DNA of 64,000 bases from Octopus vulgaris (lineage: Eukaryota). Location: positions 60,512,001 through 60,576,000 of the forward strand of contig OX597832.1 of assembly GCA_951406725.2 (NCBI GenBank). The letters are read 5' to 3'. The translations under genes and the position numbers were made by a program. A model generated the notes under the pieces. It searched no databases. It was not told where the DNA came from and saw nothing but the letters and a program-made list of their open reading frames with translations. Positions 13,251-27,600 of this stretch are shown here, piece by piece (position 1 is the stretch's first letter; each line of letters begins with the position of its first letter).

Positions 13251-13699
13251 CATTCTTAAACTACAAGGTTCTCTTAGAATTTGAAGATTGTGTTGTGTGA
13301 TTTAAAAGGATTAAAAATAATTTGAAGTATGTATTTATGCTGTAATCCCAGTAAGTTAAAACAGAGCTCAGGGCTTAAGGAAACAGAAAGCAATGAAGCA
13401 TCAACAAACTGCAACAAAATACAGAGGTTGGTCAGTGGAAGATTGCATTGGATATATGTATATAAGGGGCAAAGCAGTCGCAGCCTGACTAGCAGCAACA
13501 CAAATGCCAGAGCAGGATTGGAATTTTGGGAAATAAGGATTAAAAAAAATCTATTAGCCAATGACTAAAGTAAGATCCTTTAGAGTGATGACATGATGGT
13601 GATGATAGTGGAAGAAGCAGGGATAATGGCTGCGCTAGATTCTGTTTTGATAATAATATCATCAGTAATGATGGTAGCTGTTAGCATAATTATGTTGAC

Positions 13700-13800
13700 A
13701 AAGGCAGTAAATTGCAGTATTTAATTAGTTATGGTCCTATATGTTCTGAGTTCAAACCCTGACAAAGTCGAATTTGCCTTTCATCTTTCAAGCATTACTA
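13700..13800 (+). mobile_element. Partial SINE, plus orientation
   Basis: GTTCTGAGTTCAAACCCTGACAAAGTCGAATTTGCCTTTCATC is the reverse complement of the cluster unit. Confidence 0.7.
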
Positions 13801-15694
13801 ATACCCAAATCAGTATTGTGCCTGTTTGCAAACCTAATGCATTCATTCACATAGCTGTCAATTAGTGCAACAGCGTAAGACAAATCAAGCAACAGCTTTT
13901 AGTAGAGGCAGCTGTGGACAATTAGAGTGTGTCTGAACATAGGATTGCATTGCAGATTTCAACTTTTTCTGAGGTTACCAACAAAGCAAAGTTTATTATA
14001 CCTCTTCTCAATCACTATATGAAAACCAAAAGAATTTAAACACAGTGCTTCCATCTTTCAGCTATTGTATTTAGTACTTATCCATTACTGAGAAAAACCG
14101 GCAGAAGCTTTACATGGGTACTTGAGCTACAAAATCCTCCTCAAACAATACCCTACCTTTTTGAAAAAGGTAAGGATATGTTAAATGATCTAATTCCTAA
14201 TCTAATTCGTAAAGAGTCATGATGGCCAAAGTTGGAATATCTTTGAACATAGGTTTGTTTGATCAATACGTTTACCTGGAGTCAAATCTCTTACTACCTC
14301 TTTCATCATATTATGATGCACTAGGAGTGAATTCTTCAAGCTATATGGTAGTCTCTGAAAAGATTTTCCGCAACAACTCCAAACTTTTTTTTAGTGTGCA
14401 ATGTAAGGTTCACTACCAACCAATACTATCCTTCACACATATCATAAATGACATAGCATAATGTAAAAAGAGAAAGAAAAAAAGATTGATAATGCTTACA
14501 GACATAGTGCTAACTATAAAATTGACTTTAAAATGATCACAAAGGTGACAATAATGATGGCTGATGAAGATGGAGATGACAGATGATAACAATGAGGAAA
14601 AGTAAAAACATTCTCTGTTCACATGAGAAGAAAGGGAGACATTAATTGTCCAAATACGACTTGCCAGTTACTGGTGTCACAAGAGAAAAGTAGAAACAGA
14701 CAACAACAGAGTATGATAACTTTGGAACTCTCATTTTCTAAAAGAAGAATAAGTAAACCTTCAAAAGTCTTGTCCAAAGAATACAATTTATGTGGTCTTG
14801 CATTTAGGTGAGAATTAAGATAGAATTGTGAAAAGTTACGTTTCACACCTGGTTTCCATTTCCAATTGTAACTATTAACATAACTTAAGCTAAAACCTGT
14901 ACTAGGAAAGGCATGAACATCATAAAATCATATTTGTCCATACAAGCATCTACACGATCATTTGGCCTGTTAAAAAAAGCAACCAAATGTCTCACAAATC
15001 ACATCCTACCATTTTGAAAGCAGAAGAATTCATTGGGTAGTGTTCAGGACAAAAAAATAAGACAGTTATCATCCAAACATCTGGGTCTGCTGTTTAACAA
15101 TGTCTGTGAAAAATATCAGATTATTTCACAGAAATACAAATATTACAACTTATCAGTGCAATCAGTCTAGTGTAAGTATTCCATCTATTATTATTATTGA
15201 ATGAGAGAGCAGTGCATGCAATCAAAGTGACACTGGGGTAAAATATACAAAGCCCACATAACACATCATGACTACCCGGTTGATAAGGGTACCCCAGGCA
15301 CATGCATCGCAATCATGTGTGTGTGACATGGTAATCTCATATCAAGATAAACAGCGCATGACCTTGCAGGTGGGGCCCAGTGAGAATATTCTTCAGGTTA
15401 AGTAGCCCATCCCATTCAAATGGTCCCTGAATAAGGGTTTTTTAAGGATGTTGAACGAAACACCAAAGGTAAATTATTCAAACCCCAACAAATGGCTATG
15501 ATGCACCCCCACTATTATTATTATTATTATCATCATCATCTTGACTTTTTGCTTTTTATCTATTTGAAACTGATAAAATAAATACCTGGCACCAAGTAAT
15601 AAAAAAGGATACCATCAAACTACACTCACGTCCAAATTTGTGACCTATTGTTGTATCTCCACTACTTATTATTATTATTATTAGTATTATATTT

Positions 15695-15905
15695 AGGCAG
15701 TGGGTTGACAGAAATGAAAAGGGCCAAGCAAAATGCTTTGCAGTTTTTAATTCTGTATGATTATGTTCTTATTTCAAATTTACTAATGTCAACTTGGTCT
15801 TTCATTCTTCCAGGACTGATGAAATAAAGTATCAGCCAAACACTGAGGTCAACATAATCAACTGGCCCTCAAGACCCTCAGGCCTTGTGTCTATGCTGGA
15901 AATTA
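15695..15905 (+). mobile_element. SINE, plus orientation
   Basis: TTCAAATT...GTCAACTTGGTCTTTCATTC...CACTGAGGTCAAC...GGCCTTGTGTCT. Confidence 0.7.
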
Positions 15906-17360
15906 CTATTTTGTATTTGGTGTTGAATTAACCTGGCATTCTCCTTTCCCCCTCCTCACCAAATGCATGGCCTTATTCCTATGTTATCTATTTATGGTAA
16001 CAATATAGTAACAATACTCCATTGATGATTGAGGACTTGAATTCTGTATCACAATTGTGGCAATGGTTCTACTCCTGTTTTAGGTTTCCAATAGTTTTAT
16101 ACAAAGAGGTCTTTTTAAGGAGAAAGTGGGAAGTATATGAGTTCTGGCAAGAAAAGGTAAATGACACTAGGAATGAGAGGAGTCAATTGTTCTGCTTAAA
16201 ACACCACAGTTCATAGAAATAATATATATATATATATAAAAAAGCAGATGAAACACAAAAGAGGATTTAAATAAAGGCCAAGCATAAAATTGAAGACATA
16301 TTCTACATAATAACAAAATATCTCATTAAAATGAAATAAAATAAATAAATATGAAAACAGTAATGTTACAAAGAATCAGAACTATTAAGAATAATTATAA
16401 GAATTTCTATATACAGAAGAAGTAGGAAAGGAGGGAGGGTGTATCTGTTAGAATAAACTGTGACACAACAACAATGATCATAATATTAACAACAGTTCCT
16501 TCATTCTGCTGAAGTGTCTGGTGTTGACAATCATCTTAAGACTTAAAAACTTTGCTAAGACTAACTGGCTTTGATATATATAATCCTTACAGACATGAAA
16601 TGAGCAGTTTAAAAGAATAAAATCAAGAATTTAAAGTGAAGTACCATTAAGATAGATGAAAGAAGATAATTGCTATAAGTCAGAAAGAGAGCGATGAATA
16701 TGATGAGGAGGAGGTATTGATAAAAATAACTGCAGTCTTAACTTCTAGTAATTAATCAACAGTTGCTTAATCATAAAGCTTTTATCATTACTATTTAGTT
16801 CTGGCAGACTGATACATGCACACAGTCACAAACACACACTCAGAAAGAGACTCACACATACACCTATGGGTAATGCATAATACTCAAGTTGCCAAAGACC
16901 CACACAGAGATATAGGTAATATTTCATGGGTGATGCGAGTGGTATTTTGATTATAATACAAGATGCCTTTTTTTCTCTTTTTGGGCAGATTATAAATTAC
17001 AACAGAGAGTGGTTTTCATATATTGGGATGAAAGTTCATCACTGAAAGACTCAGTTGACATAAAGAACATTTTGTGGGGGCAACTGGTATAAGGGCAGAC
17101 ATTCATTGTGAAGAAAACAAAATACCACATTCTTAGAGTACATTTTTGCAGGAAGATGACAGAAAGAAGAGCATTTATCTAGAAACAAATCTCTAGAAAG
17201 GAAAATATTTATGAAGAGTAGCAAAGGAAAAGCCCACTTTTTACAAAGACATCCAATAAGAAGGGTATTGTTTAGGGGTGTGATTGTGGAAACAGAAAGC
17301 TTTGGAAAGAACCAAATCCATAGTCTAGTACCAAGTTGATGGAAAGGAGAGGATTTTTAA

Positions 17361-17531
17361 CCCTTTAGTGTTCAGATTACTGTCAAATGTAATCCTTATT
17401 TATTCACACTGTTTTGAATTAATCACGCATTATCTCATAACTTTGAGATTTCAATGATGCGATTTTACGTTTAGATTGATATTATAGGGCAGGTGTGAGA
17501 GGCTGGATTTAGTCAATTTGAACACAAAACA
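17361..17531. mobile_element. Truncated piggyBac-type MITE
   Basis: TTAA-CCCTTTAGTGTTCAGATTAC...; homologous to 9810-9963. Confidence 0.6.
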
Positions 17532-18017
17532 AAAAGATAATGACAAGGTAGTGTAAATGAACTTGTTTTTGAAACCAAGCTGATAAGAAGAGGTTTTAAG
17601 CAAAAAATGGTGAAGGAAGATAGTGTGATGTGGAATTCTTTTTTTTTTTTATTAAACACAAAATGTAGAAGATTTTAAAGACAAACGATGGGAAGAAAAA
17701 ATGATTCACTCAGCAAAGATGGCAGAATGTTCTCACAAGAAATGTCATTTGACCAGTAAACAACCTATTCAAAGGACATTTGGGAAGAAACATGGTGGAA
17801 GGTACAATGTTTTATGTAGACAACCACAAAGATGCTAAATAGCAACTTTTCTTTTAATATTTGAAGAAAAGCTAATAGGAAATATAGAAAAGAACATCCT
17901 GTAGTAAGGCATAGATGGCCTTCATAAGAGGAATGGTGGAAATGAAAACTGTGCATGTGAGTGTGTGTGTGCGTGTATATGTATATATAGATATATATAT
18001 ATAGCTAGAGAGAGGGA

Positions 18018-18092
18018 GAAAAACAGGCATTGTGTAGAAGAGCAACCTGTAAAAACAGCAACCATGTATATGCGTATGTTTGTGTGTGTGTG

Positions 18093-18136
<44 letters not shown>

Positions 18137-18224
18137 GATAGATAGATATATAGATGGAGAGGGAGAGAGAGAGAGAAAAACAGGCATTGTGTAGAAGAGT
18201 AGCCTGTAAAAACAGCAACCATGT
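18018..18224. repeat. ~50-bp direct duplication flanking a microsatellite
   Basis: AAAAACAGGCATTGTGTAGAAGAGYARCCTGTAAAAACAGCAACCATGT at ~18019-18067 and ~18176-18224. Confidence 0.9.
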
Positions 18225-18804
18225 TCAGGAGCAGTTTACACTCTCTTTATACAATATTGTTCACAAACGGCAGCAAACAGAAAAGAAAGGGGAAGACAAG
18301 AATGAAATATAGAAGACAAAAAGTGAGCACACACACAAAAAAAAGTAATTATTCTATCCATTGGTTGTAGAATGAACTGTTCTTGGCTTCATCATTTTAC
18401 TCCAGAGTGGAATAGATGAGATCTTTAACCATAGGTGAATTGAAGAGAGTATCAGAAGAAATGAAGCGCAGAACTAATACAGATGCATTCATGCACACTC
18501 ACACTCGTCAACACCTGCATGCACACGCAAACACACAGATGTGTGTGAACACAAACACATTGATCCAAACACGCACACACAATAAGATATACATTACAAA
18601 CTCAGTGTTCAACAATCTGTATGGACATACATACACAGGAGAGGATATATACACCACACGCAGACAAACATATATGCACAATGCAGACACAGCCTACATT
18701 GCACAAATACATAGATACATACGCATAAAATCATTCATTACACACAGATGCACTCTTGACAATAGTATTCCAGTATAATGAACATAAACAAAAAAATTTT
18801 ACAC

Positions 18805-18861
<57 letters not shown>

Positions 18862-19228
18862 TACACACGCAACCATATACATACGTACACACACAATCAT
18901 ATACATATATGCCCTGTACCTTACACATACACCGAGTAAAACAACAGAAACAATAAAAATAAACCTAAAAAAACCTCTAAGAATGGAGCCGAAGAAATTA
19001 TCAGATGAAATGAGATATGAACAGGGAACTTTCTAGAAACAAAAAGAGTTTATAAATATAAAAAAAAATTAAGGAAAGAAAAATCTGGCATACTGTAATG
19101 ATTATTAAAACTTTGAAGGCGGAGTCTAGACTGAATAAGAAGATATTAAAAATGAGAAAAAAGTGTGAAAATATAAAAAAAAAAAGATAGCTATTATATC
19201 TGAACAAGATGGATAGCTGTGTGTGAAG

Positions 19229-19275
<47 letters not shown>

Positions 19276-19810
19276 CACACACACAAATAGATGTAAGCTT
19301 TTCTGGTTGTATCATTTGAATTTCTCATTAATGGAGAGCCAGTTACTAGCTCAGGAATAAGGATCTTTCATTGGAATTTAGACATCAGCCAGGTAGTGGT
19401 ATGTGCATGTACACATATAAGCATGCAAGCATATATGTATATACTGTGCAGGCACGAATTGGATTTCTTTGTATATATGGTTCTATATGTCTATATGTGT
19501 GCATATATGCACTTATTAGGTGCTAAACTTCTGGAATGTTACACATATTCTCAGAGCAATGTTAATGGCTCGTTATAGCTGTAATTTATTAATTAGACAA
19601 GCCATGTTCTTTACTGTTTTGTGAAGCCCAATTTCTCAAGATCAGTGTTGAGGTTGTGGGTGATGTATTAAAGTGCTCCAATGATTGTAAGTAATAGATT
19701 TAAATCGAGAGTATAGTTTTGGTGAAGGTTTATATGTATGTATGTCTTGTGTGTGCATGTATATACATGCATACATACATATATATATATATGGGTGTGT
19801 GTGTGTGTAA

Positions 19811-20126
19811 AGGTGCAAGGTTTAGTGGTTAGGGGCATTTGGCTCACAATCGTAAGGCTGTGAGTTTAATTCCCAGCACCACACTGTGTCCTTGAGCAAG
19901 ACACTTTATTTCACATTGTTCCAGTTCACTCAGTTGGTGAAAATGGTTTGCGCTTGTAATCCTCTAATTCAAAGGCCCAAACTTGTCACATTCTGTGCCA
20001 TGCTAAATCTCCCTCTGAATGACATCAGTGGAGTGCTCAGTCATTTGCAAGTTAATTTCACGAGCAGGCTTGTTCCACTGATCACATCAACTGGAACACA
20101 CATCATTATAATTGACAGAAAGCCAG
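19811..20126 (+). mobile_element. tRNA-derived SINE
   Basis: A-box-like TAGTGGTTAGG and B-box-like GAGTTTAATTCCC, followed by TGTGTCCTTGAGCAAGACACTTTA core. Confidence 0.75.
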
Positions 20127-20825
20127 TATATATATATATATATATATGTATGTATATATATATAATTATATGGGTGCGTAAGTATGTGCACATACACACA
20201 CATATATATATGGATATGTAAGTATGCATGCACATACACACATGTTAAGTGTACTGCATCACAGCAGTGAAACATTGGCACTAAATACAAAGAACATGTG
20301 GTGAAAATTGGAAAGAAATGAGGTGAATACTGGTGGATGTATAATGTATAATGTTACAGTGCATTAAGCAGAGAACCGAAACGAGCTAAGAAAACCTGGG
20401 TATAAGAGAAATCAGATGTGGCATATGAAGGTGCAGACTGCACTGATAAGGACATGCGATCTGTGTAGAGGATGTCATTTGGTTAAAAAAAAAAAAAGAA
20501 TCAGCCAAGTGATCCAAGCAGAAGGAAGCCACACAAGGGGCAAAGTCAAGAAGAGCATCGTAAGAAGTGAAAGTTGGATCTCAGTAGAGTGAACCAATGA
20601 ATGAGATAAGAAAGAACCATAACAGAGTGATATGTTGAAGAAAGTCCAGCTTAGCCATGCAAACATGGAGATGTAGACAAAGCAATAATGATAAAGATGA
20701 CATGTACAGTTTATGTATCAATAAACACACACACATACATGCACACACAACCCAAGGACTATGGCCATGTTAGAGCATGACTTATCTAGACATATTTGCA
20801 CATGTCTTTGTGTACTGTGTATGTT

Positions 20826-20862
<37 letters not shown>

Positions 20863-21784
20863 TGTGAAGCAAGAAGCCAGGATGCACAGTATATATAACT
20901 ATACAAAGAGAGGAAGAAGGAAGTTGGGAAGAGAGGAAATGATATGAAGAAACGAGTAGGAATGACAAGGGTGGTAACAGCAACAACAACAACCCAACAG
21001 AAGAAACAACTAAGATGAACAGAAAGAAATAAAATCATTTCTTCATTCTACTTGTCCATACTCATTTATTGTCATGTTACACCCAAGAGATGCATTGAGG
21101 TAGACACCATTTATTACAGCAATTCACACACACACGAAAACTGCGACACATGAACACCTCAATATGCAGACATCCTTTGCATGTTTTTGCCTGTGTGTGC
21201 GTGTACACATATAAACATAAGCATATACACAAATATGTATATGTATATATGTATGTGTGTACATATATATATATTTCACTTAGGCAGTGTGAAACTAATA
21301 ACCTCGTGTAGAACTCAATATACGCATACTTCAAAACGAAGCGTTAGTCGAGTACAATAAGATGACAAAAGAATAAGCGATCACTAACAGGATCTATCAG
21401 TAAAAATATGTATATGCTGACGTGTGTGTGTGTGTGTCTGTGGGTATATTCGCATGTGTAGGTATATGCATACATATATATTTTTACTGTGGAGCCTGGT
21501 GCAGCCTCCTGGCTTGGCAGTCCCCAGTCAAACAGTCCAAACCATGCCAGCATGGAAAATGGATATTAAACAATGATAATGATATCTAATTACTGCTTCT
21601 CTATATTTGAGTATACCTATCCTTATACACACTTCAGCATTAATCTTTTTCTATTTATGGGAGGGAGCTCCTGGGTTTTGTTTTCTCATATCCATGTTTG
21701 TTTTCTCATTGGTAATGCATTTCTGTGTGTATGCATAAATGTAAATGCTTTTTTCCAAATATATAATACTTCATACTTTGAGGT

Positions 21785-21856
21785 GTTCCGATGAAGCTAC
21801 AAGGTGCTACTCAGGTACTCAACTATGAGCATCTTATAGTAGAAGCAGTTGTAAGC
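21785..21856 (+). ncRNA. Degenerate type-I hammerhead motif (Penelope-like remnant)
   Basis: GUU-CCGAUGA-A-[GCUACAAGGUGCU/AGCAUCUUAUAGU stem]-A-GAAG-CAGUUG-UA-AGC; two core substitutions. Confidence 0.5.
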
Positions 21857-21908
21857 TACTGAAATTCATAAGATGATTGTTTTTTCTTTTGTCATTGCAT
21901 TTTCTTAT

Positions 21909-21940
<32 letters not shown>

Positions 21941-22409
21941 GTATATATATTTAGGTAAGTAGAGTTAGCAGTTGGAGTAACCATATACAGATATACATAT
22001 ACATACATATATATATATACACACACACACATATATGTAGAGGGTGTGTGGTTAAGTTCACATTGGAACTACATGGTTTAAGGTTTGTTCCTAGCATGTT
22101 GACCATTGGCAGGAATCAACTGTCCCATCAACAAGTTCAACAAAGTCTTGTGAGTAAAATTTGATAGATGGAAACTATGTTGAAGCCCGTCATGTGTGTA
22201 TGTGTATTTATGTATATGAATGTTGTGTGCATTTCCCACGTCTTAAACATGTGCACACTAATTGTAAACAAGATCTACTATCATACAAAAATAGTATTGG
22301 TTGTTAACAGCTCATTGCCCCAAACCATGTCTGCCAATTCAGCTGCTGTTCAAAGGACAAAGTTCAGCTTATTACCTCACTTGAAATGCATATAGTTGTG
22401 ACATACTGT

Positions 22410-22612
22410 AGCCCGGTTTTCTTGATCTGTCATGGTTGTCCACCAGAAGTTGGGTGTCCACTAATAATTTGCCTGTCCATTTCTTGACAAGGTCTGTCCA
22501 ACTTTTCCTTTGTCCACTTCTTAGTTTCCTTTCGACAGTTCTTTGAAGAATGGTTTTTGAAAAGTCATTATATCGTGTGACGCTGCCCAACTATTTTAGC
22601 TTTCTTTTCTTC
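22410..22612 (-). mobile_element. RTE-clade LINE C-terminal fragment
   Basis: GSVTRYNDFSKTILQRTVERKLRSGQRKSWTDLVKKW resembles the RTE motif GHV.R...KTILQG..EG.R.RGR.RK.W.D. Confidence 0.7.
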
Positions 22613-23209
22613 TCCAACACACACAGACACATCCTTTTATATATACACACACACACCGAATACTTGTTTCTAATAAAGGCACAAGGCCTGAAAAGGGGTG
22701 ATTACAGTGATCGCAGTGCTTGAATGGTACTTTAGTTTATCATCCCCACCACTCACCCAAAGTTAATAACAACTACAACAACAACAACAGAAGCAGCAAT
22801 AGCAGAGATCAACCCACAATGCACTCAGCCACCTTTTTTGTTTGTTAATTCCTGCTGCTGTCCTCACACTCTATAGTGCAAGCTACACCACCAAGATAGC
22901 CTACCAGCTACCCACCACCAATCCTTTCTAGGCCTTCTTAATACAATTCCCATTTCCACTCTGTCTATGTAACACCCAGCCAGTCCTGCCCACTACCCAC
23001 TGCCCCATGTAGAGATGAAGAAAAGACTGGCTGCAACTCTGTCTCCTTGAGAGTGCTGTACCCTTCTGCTTAAGTCTTTCACACCTTCCTGATTTCTTCA
23101 GCACCACCTCTGCCATCCATCTATACATCACTATTCTAGACACCATCACCCTACTTGAGACAGCTAGATTGCCCAAACCAACTTCAAGACAATATATTTT
23201 TGCAGTCTG

Positions 23210-23860
23210 TCTCCTTTAAGCCTCCACCTTCCCCATCCAGGTTACCACCACCACTACCACTACAACTGTCATCACCACAACACTAGCATAATTACCACCA
23301 CCATAAACACTGCTACAGTAAACAGCACCACCACTTACACCGACAGCAACTATAATCTTCACCATCATTATCAACATTATCACTAGCAACTCCATAAGCA
23401 TCACTACCCTCACTTAAAACAGCAGCAGCACCACCACCAATTAAAGCTACCAGTGCTATTATACCACTACACTGTTGGCACACTGTTTATACCATCGGTA
23501 CAAACACCACTGCTTCACAAATCCACATTACTACTTCTACTACCACCACCACTTACACTATGAACACTACCACCACTGCTTATAATATACAATCAGGACT
23601 GTCACCACTACAACACCAACACTACCAGCACAACTACAGCCTTCACCACTGCCAACACATCTGTAATACTACCACTATAACTACCACAGTCTTCACCATC
23701 AACACCTCCATCCCACCACCACCACTAACACCTATACACCACAATGAGATAAGCCAATCATGCAATTCAAATTTACTTCTTTGCTCCACCTTTATAAAGG
23801 ACCCTTCCTCTGCTGGTGCCTTCAATATCACCACCATCATTGAACCACTCCCTATACTGA

Positions 23861-23897
<37 letters not shown>

Positions 23898-24100
23898 TTA
23901 CATAGAGACACAAACATACACACTTCCTAAAGAGCTCCAATTCCTTCTGGGCACAATCTCCTACACACACACACTTCTGCCAACCTCATTAGACAACACC
24001 CACCAATAACACCACCCTCACAGCTACTGACATCACATACGCACATCCTTCTGCCCACCGTTACCATCACCAGCACCACCACCACCACACAAACAAACAA
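23210..24100. repeat. Degenerate (ACC/ACT)n low-complexity tract
   Basis: ACCACCACT-rich sequence. Confidence 0.8.
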
Positions 24101-24556
24101 ACCAATGTGCATGCAGCTCATTCTCAGAAAACGACCATATTAAACCCTCTGCCCACCACAAACCTCACATTCCCTTCCAGCACACTTTTGACTTCAGTCT
24201 CAACATCATTACATAAAACAGAAACAGGAAGTCTTCAGAGCAGTACAGAGCAAACCAGACAAGACAAAGTAGAACACCACCCCAGTCCAACTAAGCCAGA
24301 CCAAACAGGAAGTCCAGTGTCTGTAAGAGACATCTTACAAACTTTTAACTATTGATTTTTTTTACACATCCATGTGTATTCTCTATGTTTAATAGAACAG
24401 TGACTAGCATAGAGGGGTGGTAAATTGCTGGTTAGACAAGTTTGCAATGCAGTTTCTAATCCTGAATGAGCTGTTTTACTTGATCTCACATGAAATGTTT
24501 ATGGCAGAGTGATAGCTATATTGCAGTGCTAAATTATTAGTTAAACAAGTCTTTAA

Positions 24557-24767
24557 CCCTTTTGATACCAACCTGTCTGAAACCGCCACTGGTTCTGTCC
24601 TGTTTTCAAAAGTTCTGAATTAAAATCTTCCACGAAACCTTAGTCACAATTTATATTCCTAATCCTAGCTTAATGATAACTAAGTTAGTTTATTAAATTC
24701 TTTGTTATATTTAAAATTAACTGAAAGAACCACAGAGCATCTCAACAGAAATATGGTAATAAAAGGG
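24557..24767. mobile_element. piggyBac-type MITE with intact TTAA target duplication
   Basis: TTAA (24553-24556) CCCTTTTGATACCA ... TGGTAATAAAAGGG TTAA (24768-24771); 12/14 TIR match. Confidence 0.85.
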
Positions 24768-26080
24768 TTAAGGTAGATTCCATTCTTAAATGAGCTATGG
24801 TACTCCAACGACATTCTTGACACACTACATAGAAAAATGACGATGTCTATTTAAGACCACTATGGGTTATATCCAAATATTTCACACTGAATTTAAACTT
24901 TTATTAGATAGGTTTTCTTTAAAAGAGAAAATCTAAGTTCAAAACATCAGGATTCAATAACATACAAACTTAGAAAAAAATAAAATAATTAATAAGAAAC
25001 AAAAAAAAAAAAAGCAACAGAACTAATGTAGATATACTATAACCACAACTGTCACTCAGAATCAAGGATACCATGGTAGCATGCACCAAACTTTCTCTAA
25101 TTGTTTTATATGCGTAAGTACTTGGGAGTAGACAAATACACTCTCTTGACCCAACCCCACTCTTGATCCTGGATGAACACCCAGAATGTAAAAACTGGAT
25201 TATGAAAGGGTTGCACCAACAACTGGCTGGTTGTCACTGGAGCAATATGAAATAAAGTACTTTACTCAAAAGCACAATACACTGCCTACTTTAGCAATTG
25301 AACCCATGGCCTTATGATCACCAATTCAGTAGTGTAACTACTAGGCCAAATACTGTGTGTGCATGTGTATGAGTGCTCAGACACACTCATCTAAATAAAT
25401 ATACACACACTCATCATTTAATGAATATGTTTCCATGCTTGCATGAGATGAAGAGATCTTCTCCAGTACAGTCTCACCATTTGAGGTAGACCCTTTGTCA
25501 TCTTCACAAGGTTCAGCCTCCCAAAAATCAGTTTCCTCACAGCTTTCCATGTCTTTCTCTCCCATGAATATTTTGTCCCTTCCTTACTGCCCATCCGCCA
25601 CCCCATGCCTTACCTTATGGCCACACTAGCTTAGTCTTGTTTTGTGGACATGAAATCTGATTGCTCTTATACATAGATTATCTCTCAGCTCATTTGCGAT
25701 CTATTGTTCATGCACACTGACAAAACATTCTGACTTTGCATTCTTTTTTTATTTTATCACACATCCTCTACATTCAATGTCCGGGTTTCACTAGCATGTA
25801 ACATCAATTTGTACACAAGCATTATACAATCTCTCCATCATGATACTTAGAAAAAAAGTCTGTGATATGTGTGTGTAGCGATACACACACACACAATATG
25901 GCTTAGTGACAAAGAATTTATGGTATGTATCTTATGAATTAATGGAATAGACATTAATGTAAACAATATCAAACATTGTCACATCTGTAAATAACCATCT
26001 GAAATGAAAGGGTCTTTTGTTCATTTTCGATTTCAAATTAGTATTTACAGATGTATGTCTCTGAGCATGTGTATACACAT

Positions 26081-26135
<55 letters not shown>

Positions 26136-26318
26136 GACACACACACATATACATATGATATGTTTATTATTCTGTTTAGTCACCTATACAGAAACATTCA
26201 GGCACAAACAACACACTAAAGTTCTCTCTGTCTCTTTATATATATATATATATGTACATACATATCACACACACATACATATCTATGTATGTACATATAT
26301 ATACATATATACAAACAT

Positions 26319-26353
<35 letters not shown>

Positions 26354-26652
26354 CATATACAAACATACATATACATTCATATATATATATATATATATAT
26401 ATAAAATTTCAATATGTTATATGAGATCACTACACACAGAAACATCCTTGCATTAAAAAAAAAACATATATATATTATGATGATTATATATTTGTGGCCT
26501 GAAAGGCATACATGCGTATTATGGATTTTCTTATTCAGCATAAATACATGAATATACATACATGCAAGCATATATGTATATATGGATAATACATGTGTGT
26601 AAGTGTTTATACACATGCACATACACAAAGAAACCTAAAGAATTTGAATACA

Positions 26653-26705
<53 letters not shown>

Positions 26706-27149
26706 TATAAGTATACACGCACACACATGCACATTCACGCACACACACATAAACATAAAAACAACAAACAAAGCGGTATTGAAGTGATGTATCCCTCTTG
26801 GTGGAGAGAAATCAGTTCCCTTTTGGTTTCTTCCCCCAACATTTCTCTTCTTATTTGTTTTGGCATTCAACACTAACACTACACAGGGTTAAATAAGGAA
26901 ACTATAAAACAGTGCTTATAAGATAGATAGATGGATTAAATAGAGAGAAATACATATACATAGATAAGTATATACATATATATATTCCTGAGAGACAGAC
27001 AGAGAGGAAAGGCAGAGATGCTAATTAAAAAATGTGCTACACGCAAATAGGAGAATGGTTAATGGATTTTGAAGAAATATCATGTGAGAAAAGAAGATAG
27101 AAATAAAAGTAAACTTGGCAAATAATTCATATATAAAAAAAAATTAATA

Positions 27150-27187
27150 ATAGTAAAAATAATGGTGATAATTAAAATAATGTTGCT

Positions 27188-27229
<42 letters not shown>

Positions 27230-27427
27230 CATAAACGATTTCAATTAAAATGACAGGTGTGAAAAAAAGTTTTTTGTTTAAGGGAAAAAATCCAAAAGAA
27301 AAAAAATAATAAAATTTAACAATAACCACCAACAACAACAGCAACAACAAAACACACATACTAAGTTTTTAAGGCACTGCTTGTCATAGCACTTCTGGTT
27401 ACAGTAACAATAATAATAAGAATAGGC

Positions 27428-27466
<39 letters not shown>

Positions 27467-27600
27467 GACTACTTAATAATAGTGGTAGTAGTAATAATAA
27501 TAATGATAATAATAATAATGATAATAATCACAATAATAATAATAATCACAATAAACAAATAATAATAATAATAATAATAATATTGTAATCATAAATAAAA
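27150..27600. repeat. (AAT)n microsatellite tract
   Basis: Multiple long AAT runs. Confidence 0.9.

Noticed and set aside
19811-19880. tRNA gene
   Set aside because: SINE head with degenerate A/B boxes; no complete cloverleaf.
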